From contig CAVVTZ010000007.1 in NCBI GenBank assembly GCA_963751275.1, positions 32,001 to 96,000 of the forward strand: a DNA stretch of 64,000 bases, written 5' to 3'. Shown here piece after piece: positions 18,179-28,231 of this stretch (the stretch's first letter is position 1; the number at the start of each line of letters is the position of its first letter). Position numbers and translations under genes: made by a program. This DNA comes from an uncultured Gemmatimonadaceae bacterium (lineage in GTDB: Bacteria > Gemmatimonadota > Gemmatimonadetes > Gemmatimonadales > Gemmatimonadaceae). Under the pieces are notes generated by a model that did not search any database, had not been told where the DNA came from, and saw only the letters and a program-made list of their open reading frames with translations.

Positions 18179-18859
18179 ATGCCGGCCACCATGGTAGAGT
18201 TTCGCGCGAACGGACACACGGCGTCCGGGTATCTCTCCCTGCCGCCCTCCGGCAAGGGTCCCGCGCTGATCGTGCTGCAGGAATACTGGGGCCTCGTGCC
18301 GCATATCACGGATCTCGCGGACCGCTTCGCGAGCGCCGGGTTCGTGGCGCTCGCGCCGGACCTCTACCATGGCGAGAAGACCAAGAGCCCCGACGAGGCC
18401 GGCAAACTCTTCATGGCGCTCAATATCGATCGCGCCGGCAAGGACATGCGCGGCGCGGCGGGGTTCCTGCTCGGCCACAAAGCGGTGTCGTCGAAGAAGG
18501 CGGGGATCGTCGGATTCTGCATGGGTGGGCAACTCGCGCTCTATGCCGCGATGGAACATCCCGACCTGATTGCGGCGTGCGTGGATTTCTACGGCATTCA
18601 TCCGAACGTCAAGATCGATCCCGCGCGCGTGAAGGTGCCGGTGCTCGGCCACTTCGCCACGCGCGACAAGAGCGTCCCGGAAGCACGGGCTCGGGCGCTC
18701 GCCGCGGCGATCACCGCCGCCGGTGGTTCGTTCACGCTGCACATGTACGAGGCCGAGCACGCGTTCTTCAACGACACCCGCCCCACGGTATACAGCGAAG
18801 CGAGCGCGAAGCTGGCGTGGGAGCGAACGGTGGCGTTCTTGAAGGAGCACGTGCACTGA
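18179..18859 (+). CDS. Dienelactone hydrolase family protein
   Basis: QEYWG, APDLY, GFCMGG, HAFFN. Confidence 0.93.
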   Translation: MPATMVEFRANGHTASGYLSLPPSGKGPALIVLQEYWGLVPHITDLADRFASAGFVALAPDLYHGEKTKSPDEAGKLFMALNIDRAGKDMRGAAGFLLGHKAVSSKKAGIVGFCMGGQLALYAAMEHPDLIAACVDFYGIHPNVKIDPARVKVPVLGHFATRDKSVPEARARALAAAITAAGGSFTLHMYEAEHAFFNDTRPTVYSEASAKLAWERTVAFLKEHVH

Positions 18860-18904
18860 GACAGACTGAGACGCTGGACGTTCGATACGACCAACTCCAA
18901 TCCC

Positions 18905-20417
18905 GTGAGTGACATGCCGCATCGTGTGAAGGCGATCTTCGCGTTCCTTCTCTTGTTGACCAGCGCTGCCAGCGCACAGGGAGTACGGTACCAGCGACTG
19001 CTGATCAAGAACGCCCTGATCATCGATGGCGCGGGCAATCCGGTGCGCGGACCCTTCGACATCACCGTCGAAGGGAACACGATCGTCGCGATCACCGATC
19101 CCGCGGTGCGGGAGGGGGGCGGCAGCGCGCTCCCGGGCGCGGTGGTCACCGGCAAGCCCGACCGCGTGATCAATGCGACGGGCATGTACGTGATGCCCGG
19201 CATCATCGACGTGCACTCGCACATCCAGTTCAGCCGCGCCGGCATCGCGATGCCCAAGGATTACGAGTACAAGCTCCTGCTCGCCTGCGGCATCACCACG
19301 ATCCGCGATCCCGGCTCGCTCGAAGGGATCGACACGATCGTCGCGCACGCGAAACTCTCGGCCGACAACAAGATCGCGGCGCCCACGATCATCCCGTATG
19401 CCGTGATCGAAGCGAACACGCCCGCTGAAGGGCGCGCGATGGTGCGCCAGGTGAAGCAGAAGGGCGCGAAGGGCCTCAAGATCTTCATCCTGCGGCCGGA
19501 ATGTGTGGGCCGCGGTCTCCGAAGAGGCGAAGGCGCTCGATCTGCCGATGGCCACCGACCTCAAGATCCAGGAGACCAATGCGCTCGCGGCCACGCGCTA
19601 CGGTGTGAAGTCCATCGAGCACTGGTACGGCATCCCGGATGCCGCGATCGTCGGCAAGCAGCAGTTCCCGGACTCCTACGTCTACGACAACGAACTCGAC
19701 CGCTTCCGCTGGGCGGGCGACATCTGGCGCCAGGCGGACTCCGCGCGCCTCTCCGCCGTGCTCGACACGATGCTGGCGCACGGCGTGACGTGGGACCCGA
19801 CGTTCGCCATCTACGAGGCCAATCGCGATCTGCAGCGCGCGCGGTCACAGCCGTTCCTGAAGGACTACGCGCTGCCTGCGGTGATGGCGCAGTTCGAGCC
19901 GAGCGCCGCGCGCCATGGTTCGTACTTCTTCGACTGGACCACCGCCGACGAGGTCCGCTGGCGCAACGACTACCGGATCTGGATGCATTGGGTGCGCGAG
20001 TACGCCGCGCGCGGCGGCAACGTGACCGTCGGCTCGGACGCCGGCTTCATCTGGGAACTCTACGGATTCACCACCATTCGCGAGATGGAGCTGCAGCAGG
20101 AGGCGGGGTTCCAGCCGCTCGAGGTGATCCAGCACGCGACCTCGAATGGCGCCAAGCTGCTGGGCTTGGCGAATACCGGCGTGGTGCGCCCGGGCTTCAA
20201 GGCCGATCTGATCATCGTGGACGGGAACCCGCTGCACAACTTCAAGGTGCTCTACCCGACCGGCGTGCAGACCGCCGAAAACGGAAAGCTGGTGCAGCGT
20301 GGCGGCGTGAAAGTCACGATCAAGGACGGCATCGTATTCGATGCGCCGGCCCTCGCCGCGGAAGTGCGGGCGATGGTGCACGCGGCCCAGGCGACGGCGC
20401 CGGCGCCGAAGAACTGA
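18905..20417 (+). CDS. Secreted amidohydrolase family protein (frameshift ~19500)
   Basis: PGIIDVHSH and GITTIRD in ORF 18905; SIEH, GSDAG and GFKADLIIVDGNP in ORF 19503. Removing one A from ccggaatgtg rejoins them. Confidence 0.85.
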
Positions 20418-20485
20418 GCGGGTGGGGACACTGGCATGCCGTGACGGATTGTAATAGATAGTGCTGGCTCACAAACCAGGGTCCC

Positions 20486-21361
20486 ATGGCACGTCTGAGA
20501 ACAAGCGCCGGAGTGGTGATTCTTGGGGTCGCGGGGCTGGCAGCCTGCCGCGCGACACCCGCGCCGGCGGCACGCAGTAGCGATCGTGTCGCATTACTGG
20601 CAGATACCACCTGGCCCGCGACGCCCATGGGAATCGCGGCGCGGCGCGGGCATGCGCTGCTCGCGCATACGCCCGATAGTCTCCCGCAATATGCGCACAG
20701 CGCCTTGCGCTGTTTCAATTGTCATCTCGATGAGGGCACGCGCCGCCACGGACTGATGTTGATCGGCGCCGCGGCGCGCTATCCCCAGTACCGCACGCGC
20801 AGCAATTCGGTGGAGACGCTCACCGACCGCGTGAACGATTGCTTCCGTCGCAGCCTGAACGGCAGCGCGCTGCCGCTCAATGGGCGCGACATGCGCGACA
20901 TCATCGCCTATCTCTCGTGGATCTCGCGCGGCGTCGGCGTGTTCGATTCGGTGCCGGGGCAGGGGCTGCCAAAGATGAAGCCGCTCAAGCCCGACACCGT
21001 GAACGGCGCCGCGATCTTCGCGACCATCTGCAGCGTGTGCCATGGCAAGGATGGGCAGGGGAGCGGGATCTATCCGCCGCTCTGGGGGCCGCGTTCCTAT
21101 AACATCGGCGCCGGCATGGTTCGCCTTTATACGCTGTCGTCGTTCGTGCGCAACAACATGCCGTTCGACAAACCCGGGTCCCTCACCGATCAGCAGGCAT
21201 TCAATGTTGCGGCGTTCGTGGCGTCCCATCCTCGCCCCGACTATGCGCCGAAGTCGGCGGATTGGCCGAATGGCGATCCGCCGCCCAATGTGGCATATCC
21301 TACTGCCGCCGCGAAGCAGAAGACCGCGGCGGCCCGCACTACCCCAAACGGCGCGCACTGA
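20486..21361 (+). CDS. tsdA: Diheme c-type cytochrome, thiosulfate dehydrogenase/tetrathionate reductase TsdA-like (lipoprotein)
   Basis: CFNCH, CSVCH, RVNDCFRRSLNG (active-site Cys), PPLWG..SYNIGAGM, NNMP; lipobox LAAC. Confidence 0.8.
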   Translation: MARLRTSAGVVILGVAGLAACRATPAPAARSSDRVALLADTTWPATPMGIAARRGHALLAHTPDSLPQYAHSALRCFNCHLDEGTRRHGLMLIGAAARYPQYRTRSNSVETLTDRVNDCFRRSLNGSALPLNGRDMRDIIAYLSWISRGVGVFDSVPGQGLPKMKPLKPDTVNGAAIFATICSVCHGKDGQGSGIYPPLWGPRSYNIGAGMVRLYTLSSFVRNNMPFDKPGSLTDQQAFNVAAFVASHPRPDYAPKSADWPNGDPPPNVAYPTAAAKQKTAAARTTPNGAH

Positions 21362-21381
21362 TGGCGCGCAGGAGGAGACCG

Positions 21382-22065
21382 ATGCAGGATCTCGAGCTCG
21401 AGAGCACGCCGCGGCGCGGCTTTCTCGGACGTCTGGCGGCCGGAGCGATCGCACTCGCGGCAGGCGGCATGGCGACGAGCAAAGCGGGCGCGGAACCCTC
21501 GCACCCGGCCGCTGCCGGCTGGGATGAGAGTTGGCAGACGAAGATCAAGGGGAAGCACCGCCAGGTCTTCGACGGCATGGACATTAACAACGGGTTCGGG
21601 CTGGTCATGACCCGGATCTGGTTCACGACCAACAAGGAAGCCTACAACCTGAGCGAAAAGGAGCTCAGCGCCGTGGTCATCCTGCGGCACGCCGCGCTTC
21701 CCATCGCGCTCGACGATGCGATGTGGTCGAAGTACAAGCTGGGCGAAGCGTTCAACGTGACCGATCCGGCCACGAGCAAGCCCGCGGAGCGGAACGTGTT
21801 CGCGACGACGGCCGGCTTCGCGATCCCGCCGTTCGCGAGCGCGTCGGTCGAGGCACTGGTCGCGAGCGGCGCGCTGCCGTGTGCGTGCAACATGGCGCTC
21901 CAGCATTTCGCCACGGAAGCGGCGACGAAGATGAACATGGCGCCCGCGGACGTCATCAAGGAATGGCAGGGTGCACTGCTGCCCGGCGTGACGCTCGTCC
22001 CGTCAGGCGTGCTGGCCGTGGGCCGCGCGCAGGATCACGAGTGCCGGTACTGCAACGTCACCTGA
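21382..22065 (+). CDS. Tat-exported DsrE-like protein
   Basis: PRRGFL twin-arginine signal; VVILRH, CACNMA and LVPSGVLAV..AQ resemble the DsrE fold; strong SD GGAGGAG. Confidence 0.6.
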   Translation: MQDLELESTPRRGFLGRLAAGAIALAAGGMATSKAGAEPSHPAAAGWDESWQTKIKGKHRQVFDGMDINNGFGLVMTRIWFTTNKEAYNLSEKELSAVVILRHAALPIALDDAMWSKYKLGEAFNVTDPATSKPAERNVFATTAGFAIPPFASASVEALVASGALPCACNMALQHFATEAATKMNMAPADVIKEWQGALLPGVTLVPSGVLAVGRAQDHECRYCNVT

Positions 22066-22088
22066 TGTAGGCGGCGAGCGCGATCACG

Positions 22089-22123
22089 GAACGCGGGGGC
22101 ACGCGATGCGTGCTCCCGCGTTC
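22089..22123. terminator. Hairpin between convergent genes
   Basis: GAACGCGGGGGCACGC-gat-GCGTGCTCCCGCGTTC. Confidence 0.7.
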
Positions 22124-22128
22124 TGCGT

Positions 22129-23391
22129 TCAGTCGGGGTCGACGAGTCCCGTGGGGGGCTTCGCGTTCACGCGCGCACCGAACAGGCACGCGTCGGTGTA
22201 CTTCGGCTCCGCGGACCCGCACATGCGTTCACGCTCCGCGGTGACCGGACTCAGGCTCGCGATCTCTTCGCCCACGGCTTCGTAGCAGCGCAATTTGCCG
22301 TCCTGGCTCGTCACCAGCTGGCAGAAGGCCATCCCGCTCTCGAATTTCGCATTGTCCTCCACGCGATTCTTCGCGACGCCGGCGTAACACCACGGTCGCC
22401 CGGTGGCGCTGGACTTGTCGCAGAGCGCGAGTGCCGCCGGACCGTTGCGCAGCGTGCGCCCGTTGATGTCCGTCCCGAGCCCAAGGAAGCACCAATGCAC
22501 GTACCTGGCCGGTGCGTGGTCGCATCCCTTGGCCGCGCGCCCGACATCGCCATCGTTCAGATAGAAGAGCACCGACACCTGATTCGTCCAGCACGATTCC
22601 TGGTAGCGCTCGGCGAGCTGCGAGCAGGGGTACGCCGGGTCGTTGCGGTCGATCTGCTTGTACTTGGGCTTCGCGGGATCGTGCATTCCCGGCATGTCCG
22701 CCATCGCCATCGCGACGGGCGGCTGCGTCGCGTCCATGATGTTCTCCATGAACGCGCCGCCGTAGCAGGAATCGCGGTCCCAGCGGTCGAGGAGGAGATC
22801 GCACTTCAACAGCGCGGCCGGCAGGTCGTGGTCGTAGCGCATCGTGAGCCCGTGTCCCAGCCCGTGCACGCACTGGAAGCGGAGCCATCCGTACACGCCG
22901 GCCACCGTCCACGGCGCGCAGATCGCGCGCACCGCCGTGCTGTCGTCGGTGCCGGCGCGCAGGAAGAACGCCTGGATCACCCCGTGATAGCAGCCGGACT
23001 GGAAGATCTCGCTGCACTGCGGGAAGGTGGTCTTCACATCCGGATGCGCATCGTATGCCGCGATCCCGATCGCGTGCGCGAACTCGTGTCCCGTGACGAG
23101 CACGTCGTGATCCAGCGTCGTGAGCTGCTGCAGCTCGGCGAGCGCCGCCTTCGGACCGCGCGCCGTCGCGACCGGGAGCAACTGCGCTTCGTAGCATGAG
23201 TGCTTCGTCGCCTCCGGACTCCCGCTGCATTTCTGGAAGGCCAGCTCGGCGGCCTTCGCTGAGTCGCGGGGCGGGAGCGCGCTGAACGACGGCCAATGCT
23301 TCGGCAGCGCCACCGGGTGGAGGAGCGTGCCGGCGGCGAATCCGGCGACCGCGAGTCCAAGGGTGCTCCACACGAATGCAGAACGGGTCAT
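22129..23391 (-). CDS. Exported Cys/His-rich repeat protein of unknown function
   Basis: N-terminal hydrophobic segment; HEFAHAIG, GCYHG, CVHGLGHG, CYGGAFME; regularly spaced Cys pairs. Confidence 0.75.
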   Translation of the reverse strand: MTRSAFVWSTLGLAVAGFAAGTLLHPVALPKHWPSFSALPPRDSAKAAELAFQKCSGSPEATKHSCYEAQLLPVATARGPKAALAELQQLTTLDHDVLVTGHEFAHAIGIAAYDAHPDVKTTFPQCSEIFQSGCYHGVIQAFFLRAGTDDSTAVRAICAPWTVAGVYGWLRFQCVHGLGHGLTMRYDHDLPAALLKCDLLLDRWDRDSCYGGAFMENIMDATQPPVAMAMADMPGMHDPAKPKYKQIDRNDPAYPCSQLAERYQESCWTNQVSVLFYLNDGDVGRAAKGCDHAPARYVHWCFLGLGTDINGRTLRNGPAALALCDKSSATGRPWCYAGVAKNRVEDNAKFESGMAFCQLVTSQDGKLRCYEAVGEEIASLSPVTAERERMCGSAEPKYTDACLFGARVNAKPPTGLVDPD

Positions 23392-23421
23392 GCTGTGAGG
23401 ACGAGCATGCCTGCCCGCAAG

Positions 23422-24426
23422 TCAGTTACCGCTGAGCTCCAGCGCCGAGATCCAATCGCGCACCGCGCGCACCTCCGCGGCCTCCAGACGTTCGAAGATC
23501 GCGAGCGCCTCGCGGGCGAGCGCCACGGCGCGCTTCGTGTCACCCTGCGCCAGCGCGAGCTCCGCGCTCGCGCGCCGCCCCTCGGCTTCGATGAGCGCGA
23601 ACCCGTGGTCCCGCGCGAGACGCACCGCGCGCGCGAGGAGCAGCACCGCCTCGTCGAACCGGCCGCGCGCCGTCGCGGCGGCGCCCGCCAGCCGCAGCGC
23701 GTCGGCCTCCCCCTTCGGGTCGCCGGCCTCCGCGAGATCCTGTGCCGCGCGCCGCGCCTCCACCTCGGCGAGCTCCGCATCGCCGTCCCCAAGCCGGACC
23801 TCGGCCAATCCGACCACCGCCATCGCAGCCAGCCGCGCATCCAATGCCTGGCGCGCGAACTCGAGCGCGCGCTGCTCACTCTCCTCGGTGTGCGCCGCGT
23901 CGCCCAGGTCGCGGAAGCTGATCGCGATGTTGTGGTAGGTCTCGGCCATCCCGCGTGGGTTGCCGAGCCGCTGATATGCGGGGATCGCAAGACGGTAGAG
24001 TGCGAGCGCCTCGCGCGCGGCACCGCGCACGTTCGCGATCGTGCCGAGGTTATTGGTCGCGCGCGCGAGCAGCAGATCATCGCCATCCTGGCGGCCGAGC
24101 TCCATCGCCTCCTGGAACCGCTCTTCGGCGCGCCCGATCTCGCCGCTCTCGAAGCACGCGACGCCCTCGAGATTCGCCGCCTTGCGCGCGGCCGCGCGGT
24201 CGCCGGACCGGCGCACCATCGTGCCGGTCTCCGCGAGCCAGGCACTCGCCTCGCGCGGCGCGCGCGTGCGGAGGAGCGCTTCGCCATAGAGCGTGACCAG
24301 CTCCGGATGCGCGCGCGCGTCCGCCCTGTGCGCGCCGAGCAGCGCGCGCACGTCGCTCCACGCTCCGCGGGCGCTGTCGGCGCGCGCGGAGGCGAGCAGG
24401 GCGGGGGCGAGGGATCCGGACGTCAT
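23422..24426 (-). CDS. Tetratricopeptide repeat protein
   Basis: ARATNNLG, AETYHNIA and ADALRLAG TPR helices. Confidence 0.8.
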   Translation of the reverse strand: MTSGSLAPALLASARADSARGAWSDVRALLGAHRADARAHPELVTLYGEALLRTRAPREASAWLAETGTMVRRSGDRAAARKAANLEGVACFESGEIGRAEERFQEAMELGRQDGDDLLLARATNNLGTIANVRGAAREALALYRLAIPAYQRLGNPRGMAETYHNIAISFRDLGDAAHTEESEQRALEFARQALDARLAAMAVVGLAEVRLGDGDAELAEVEARRAAQDLAEAGDPKGEADALRLAGAAATARGRFDEAVLLLARAVRLARDHGFALIEAEGRRASAELALAQGDTKRAVALAREALAIFERLEAAEVRAVRDWISALELSGN

Positions 24427-24433
24427 CGTGGCG

Positions 24434-25034
24434 TCAGTACGCGAGGGCGTAGTTGGTGAAGCCCAGGATGTCGGCCTCGACTTCCTCGGTGCTCACGTTC
24501 ACGTTCGTCGCCAGCTGGATCCACGGATCCGCGGCCGTCTCCTGCCGCCAGGAGATGCAGGATCGCCTTGAGCGAATCATCCGTCGCGTTCACCTGGCCG
24601 TCGTCATTGACGTCGTCGTCCGTCTCGCCGAATTCGAATAGGAACTGTGCCGGGTCGGATGCCGAGAAGGTCAAACCCGACGGCTCGAACTGCACGACGA
24701 GATGCACCGGGTCGATGACCGTCACGCGAATGAGGATCGAGTCGCCGGTGGCGAACGGCGTGCCGTCGGGCCGGCGCAGCAGCGCCTGCGAAGGGACCTT
24801 GAACTCGAGCAGCTGCGCCGAGTCCTCTCCCGGTTCGGTGGGTTGGTAATCGATGCGGATCCGGCGGCTCTGGCCCTTCACCGCCCAGAAGCTGTCCACC
24901 GGATTCGCGAGCGGCGGCGCGGTGCTGGCGGCCCGGAGATAGTTCAGCTGCTGCGTCGGCGTGGTGGGCGCCGGATCGCCGCTGCACGCGGCCACGAGTG
25001 CGCCGGCGGCCAGGATCAGAGTGATTCTACGCAT
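24434..25034 (-). CDS. Hypothetical lipoprotein (frameshift ~24551)
   Basis: [17 protein letters not shown] lipobox. Removing one C restores [12 protein letters not shown]...GFTNYALAY* with stop at 24434. Confidence 0.65.
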
Positions 25035-26382
25035 CGGATACCTCGTCAAGGTCATTGTCATCGGATGTATTGGCGGCATCCAGGAGCCGCATGAGCCGTG
25101 CGCGGGAGATCCCGAGCCGGCGCGCCGCCTCGCTCTTGTTGCCGCCGCAGTGCTGCAACATGGTGTCGGCCGCCGCGCGGCCGATCTCGCGCATCGTGGC
25201 GGGGAACGGGATGGCACCGTCGGATATGACGATCGGTTTCGGCGGCGGGAAGTCCGCCGCGGTGAGCGCATCGCCGCGCGCGAGGATGAGCGCACGCTCG
25301 GCGGCGTTCCGCAGCTCCCGCACGTTGCCCGGCCAATCGCGCGCCTCGAGGGCCGCGATCGCGCTGTCATCGAGACGGGGCGCCGCGATGCCGGACTGCG
25401 CGGCGAAACGCGCGATGAAGTGCCGCGCGAGCGGCGCGATGTCCTCGCGCCGCGCGCGCAGGGGCGGCAGCTCGATCGACACGACATCGAGACGGTAATA
25501 GAGATCCTCGCGGAACGTGCCGGTCTTCACGTGCGCGGCAAGGTCCACGTGCGTGGCCGCGATGATGCGCACATCCACCGGCACCAGGCGCGTGCCGCCC
25601 ACCCGCCGTGCCGCGCGTTCTTCGAGTACGCGCAGCAGTTTGCCCTGCAGCGCGAGGGGGAGGTGTCCGATCTCGTCGAGGAAGATCGTACCGCCGTGGG
25701 CGACCTCGAACAATCCGGGCTTGGACGCCACCGCGCCCGTGAATGCGCCCTTCTCATGGCCGAACAATTCGCTCTCGAGCAGCTGATCGGGGATCGCCGC
25801 GCAATTCACTTCGACGAATGGCGCCTCGCGGCGCGGTCCGTTGTAGTGGATCGCCCGCGCGATGAGCTCCTTGCCCGTGCCCGTCTCGCCGGTGATGAGG
25901 ACCGTGACGCCGCCGTGCGGGATCACGCGCGATGCGCGATCGAGGGCGGCCCGGAGCGCCGGACTGTCGCCCAGGATCTCATCGAAGCGGTACTTCGCGC
26001 GCTCCGCCTCGGCGAACGCCGCACGGTCGGTCAACGCACGGAACCGCGCGGCGCGCTCCAGGAGCCAGGCGCGCAGGACATCCGCGTCCTCCGGCAGCGC
26101 GAAATACTCAGCGGCTCCCGCGCGCGCGAGCGCGGCCGCGAGCCGGTGGCTCGAGTCGGCGCCCACGGCGGCGACCTCCATCGACCCGCCGGCCAATTGC
26201 CGCACGAACGGCTCGAGCCGCTCCTCCTCGCCGCCGGCGGTCACGAGCGCGACCGCGCCCGAGAGCCGCGCGAGCGATGAGGGCTCGTCGACGGCGAGGA
26301 ACTCGTAGCCGCAGTCGGCCGCCAGCGCGGGCCAGACCGCGGAGAAGGAATCGGTGATCGCGTAAACAGCGAGCATCGGCAT
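25027..26382 (-). CDS. Sigma-54-dependent enhancer-binding protein with degenerate receiver-like N-terminus
   Basis: [36 protein letters not shown], Fis HTH ([14 protein letters not shown]). Confidence 0.93.
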   Translation of the reverse strand: MPMLAVYAITDSFSAVWPALAADCGYEFLAVDEPSSLARLSGAVALVTAGGEEERLEPFVRQLAGGSMEVAAVGADSSHRLAAALARAGAAEYFALPEDADVLRAWLLERAARFRALTDRAAFAEAERAKYRFDEILGDSPALRAALDRASRVIPHGGVTVLITGETGTGKELIARAIHYNGPRREAPFVEVNCAAIPDQLLESELFGHEKGAFTGAVASKPGLFEVAHGGTIFLDEIGHLPLALQGKLLRVLEERAARRVGGTRLVPVDVRIIAATHVDLAAHVKTGTFREDLYYRLDVVSIELPPLRARREDIAPLARHFIARFAAQSGIAAPRLDDSAIAALEARDWPGNVRELRNAAERALILARGDALTAADFPPPKPIVISDGAIPFPATMREIGRAAADTMLQHCGGNKSEAARRLGISRARLMRLLDAANTSDDNDLDEVSDA

Positions 26383-26434
26383 GCGTGGAGCACCGGGGAG
26401 CGCCCGCTCCCCAGTGTTCTACGCCGGGAACGGG

Positions 26435-26515
26435 CTAGGGCGGCGATTCGTCGTGGCCATCTGTGTCGTCCTCGACCGCGGAGTGGATGTTATTGAGTGC
26501 GCGTTGGTCACGCAC
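26435..26515 (-). CDS. Possible 26-aa leader peptide
   Basis: GAGGAGG 9 nt before GTG; MRDQRALNNIHSAVEDDTDGHDESPP*. Confidence 0.3.
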   Translation of the reverse strand: MRDQRALNNIHSAVEDDTDGHDESPP

Positions 26516-26533
26516 GGTGACACCCCTCCTCAA

Positions 26534-26549
26534 AGCACGGATGGTGCCG
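26534..26549 (-). promoter_or_regulatory. Sigma-54 (-24/-12) promoter motif facing the bEBP operon
   Basis: CGGCACCATCCGTGCT = GG-N10-GC. Confidence 0.55.
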
Positions 26550-26624
26550 TCCACAGGTCGAGAGTGGCAGATGTCTAAGCGCCCATAAGATAATGAGTTA
26601 TGGCGCCAGACTGCCACTCGAGCC

Positions 26625-26640
26625 CGGCACTGGGCATGCG
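26625..26640 (+). promoter_or_regulatory. Divergent sigma-54-like motif
   Basis: CGGCACTGGGCATGCG = GG-N10-GC; no sense CDS downstream. Confidence 0.35.
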
Positions 26641-26686
26641 AAATAGCGCATCGGTGTACCGTTCCGGTACACGTGGCCGTAGCCGC

Positions 26687-28231
26687 TCAGTTCCGCCCGG
26701 CGAGCGTCGGCCAGAGCGCCTGCAATGTCGTGCGCGGATCCTCACACACACGCACGGACACGTCCTGCTCTTCTTCCACAGTCCAGTCGTTCGTGATGCG
26801 GCCCGCTTCAGTGACGGTCCCGCAGAACTTCTCGAGATCTTCGCGGCTCACGCCCAGCGTGACCACGACCGTGCCGGGTTTGTCGCCGGGCCCGAAGAAC
26901 CAGTAGCTCCCCGCCGCGCTCACCGCAGGTGGAAGCCCGAAGCGCGGACCATAGAAGTCGATGGCTCCGGCTTCGCCGTAGTTCTCGCCGATGAGCACGG
27001 CCTGGGCGCGCTTCTCCGGCGGCAGTGAATCGAAGACGTGCGCGACGAGCGCGACCCGTTCGGGCCAGCCGATCATGTCGGCGTAATCCTGCGGGAGTCT
27101 CAGCATTGTGCCGCGGTTCGTGCGCGTCGCTTCGCTGATCCCCAGCGCCGCCGCGTAGCGCGCCATGACCGGCGGCGGAAGGACGGGCAAGCCGATGGGC
27201 GTGATCAGGATCCCGTAGAGTATGATCGCGGCGACGAGTGCGGCGCGTCCTACGCGCGCGAGCACGGTCGGTCCCGTCATTCCCAGCCATACCGCGCCGG
27301 CGGCGAAGAGCGTCGGATAGATCGGCCCGACGTAATACGGTTTTCCGCGCAACACGAAGAGGGTCGCGAACACCGTGAGGCAGGCGAGCCCGACGGTGCG
27401 GTACGGGCGGCCCGCCCGCGAGCGCACCAGCCACGCGGCGCCGGCGGCGGCGAGAATGAGCGAGGGACCGAGCAGCATCTGCCAAGAAAGGAACGAAGCG
27501 AAGGAGACGTGTACGAGCTGTTGTTGGCGCAGCGCATCCATTTGCGCGCGGAGCGGGAATCCGAGCTGGATCTGCCCGATGATGCTGGGGCTGCCGATGG
27601 CGAGCGCGACCGGGAGCGCCAGCCAGGGACCGCGCGTACGCAATGCGGCGCGGTCATCGAGCACGAGTGCCGCGAGGATGCCGAAGCCAATGAAGAGGAT
27701 GCTGAACTTCGTGAGCAATCCGAGCCCGCCGATCACGCCGATCGCCCGCCACCAGCGCCGGTCGCGGGTGCGCTCGAAGCACGCGAGCGCGAGGAGCACG
27801 GCGCTCCACCAGAATTGATCGAAGACGACGGGCTGGAAGAGGCTCCCGGGGCGCAGGAAGAGCGGGTGGACGGCGACGGCGATCGCCGCGGTGATCTGTG
27901 CGAAGCGGGCGCCCCCGAACTCGCGCGCCAACAACGCCGCCATCAAGATGGTCGCGGCGGCCGCGAGCGCCGGCGCAAAGCGGATCGCCACCAGCGAGTC
28001 ACCGAACAGGCGCTCCACGTTCGCGACCAGCGCGATCCCCGGCGGGAAGTCCATCGCGAACAGCCGCAGATGCTTGCCCATCGCGAGATAGAGCAGCTCG
28101 TCGCGATGGATGCCGTAGGGCGTGATGATATTCACTGCCACATGCGTGGCGAACACCAGCGCCGCGATCGCGGCGGCCGGCTTCCAGTGGAACGGCGCGC
28201 GCGCGCCGGAATCCGTGGCCGGCGCGCTCAT
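26687..28231 (-). CDS. GT-C membrane glycosyltransferase (GT39/PMT/ArnT-like)
   Basis: YGIHRDELLYL, DFPP, GLGLLTKF, GKPYY, ENYGEAGA; multi-TM. Confidence 0.85.
   Translation of the reverse strand: MSAPATDSGARAPFHWKPAAAIAALVFATHVAVNIITPYGIHRDELLYLAMGKHLRLFAMDFPPGIALVANVERLFGDSLVAIRFAPALAAAATILMAALLAREFGGARFAQITAAIAVAVHPLFLRPGSLFQPVVFDQFWWSAVLLALACFERTRDRRWWRAIGVIGGLGLLTKFSILFIGFGILAALVLDDRAALRTRGPWLALPVALAIGSPSIIGQIQLGFPLRAQMDALRQQQLVHVSFASFLSWQMLLGPSLILAAAGAAWLVRSRAGRPYRTVGLACLTVFATLFVLRGKPYYVGPIYPTLFAAGAVWLGMTGPTVLARVGRAALVAAIILYGILITPIGLPVLPPPVMARYAAALGISEATRTNRGTMLRLPQDYADMIGWPERVALVAHVFDSLPPEKRAQAVLIGENYGEAGAIDFYGPRFGLPPAVSAAGSYWFFGPGDKPGTVVVTLGVSREDLEKFCGTVTEAGRITNDWTVEEEQDVSVRVCEDPRTTLQALWPTLAGRN

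Noticed and set aside
19490..19510. Programmed frameshifting in the amidohydrolase (and the other split genes)
   Set aside because: No slippery sequence or stimulator; a single-base assembly insertion is simpler.
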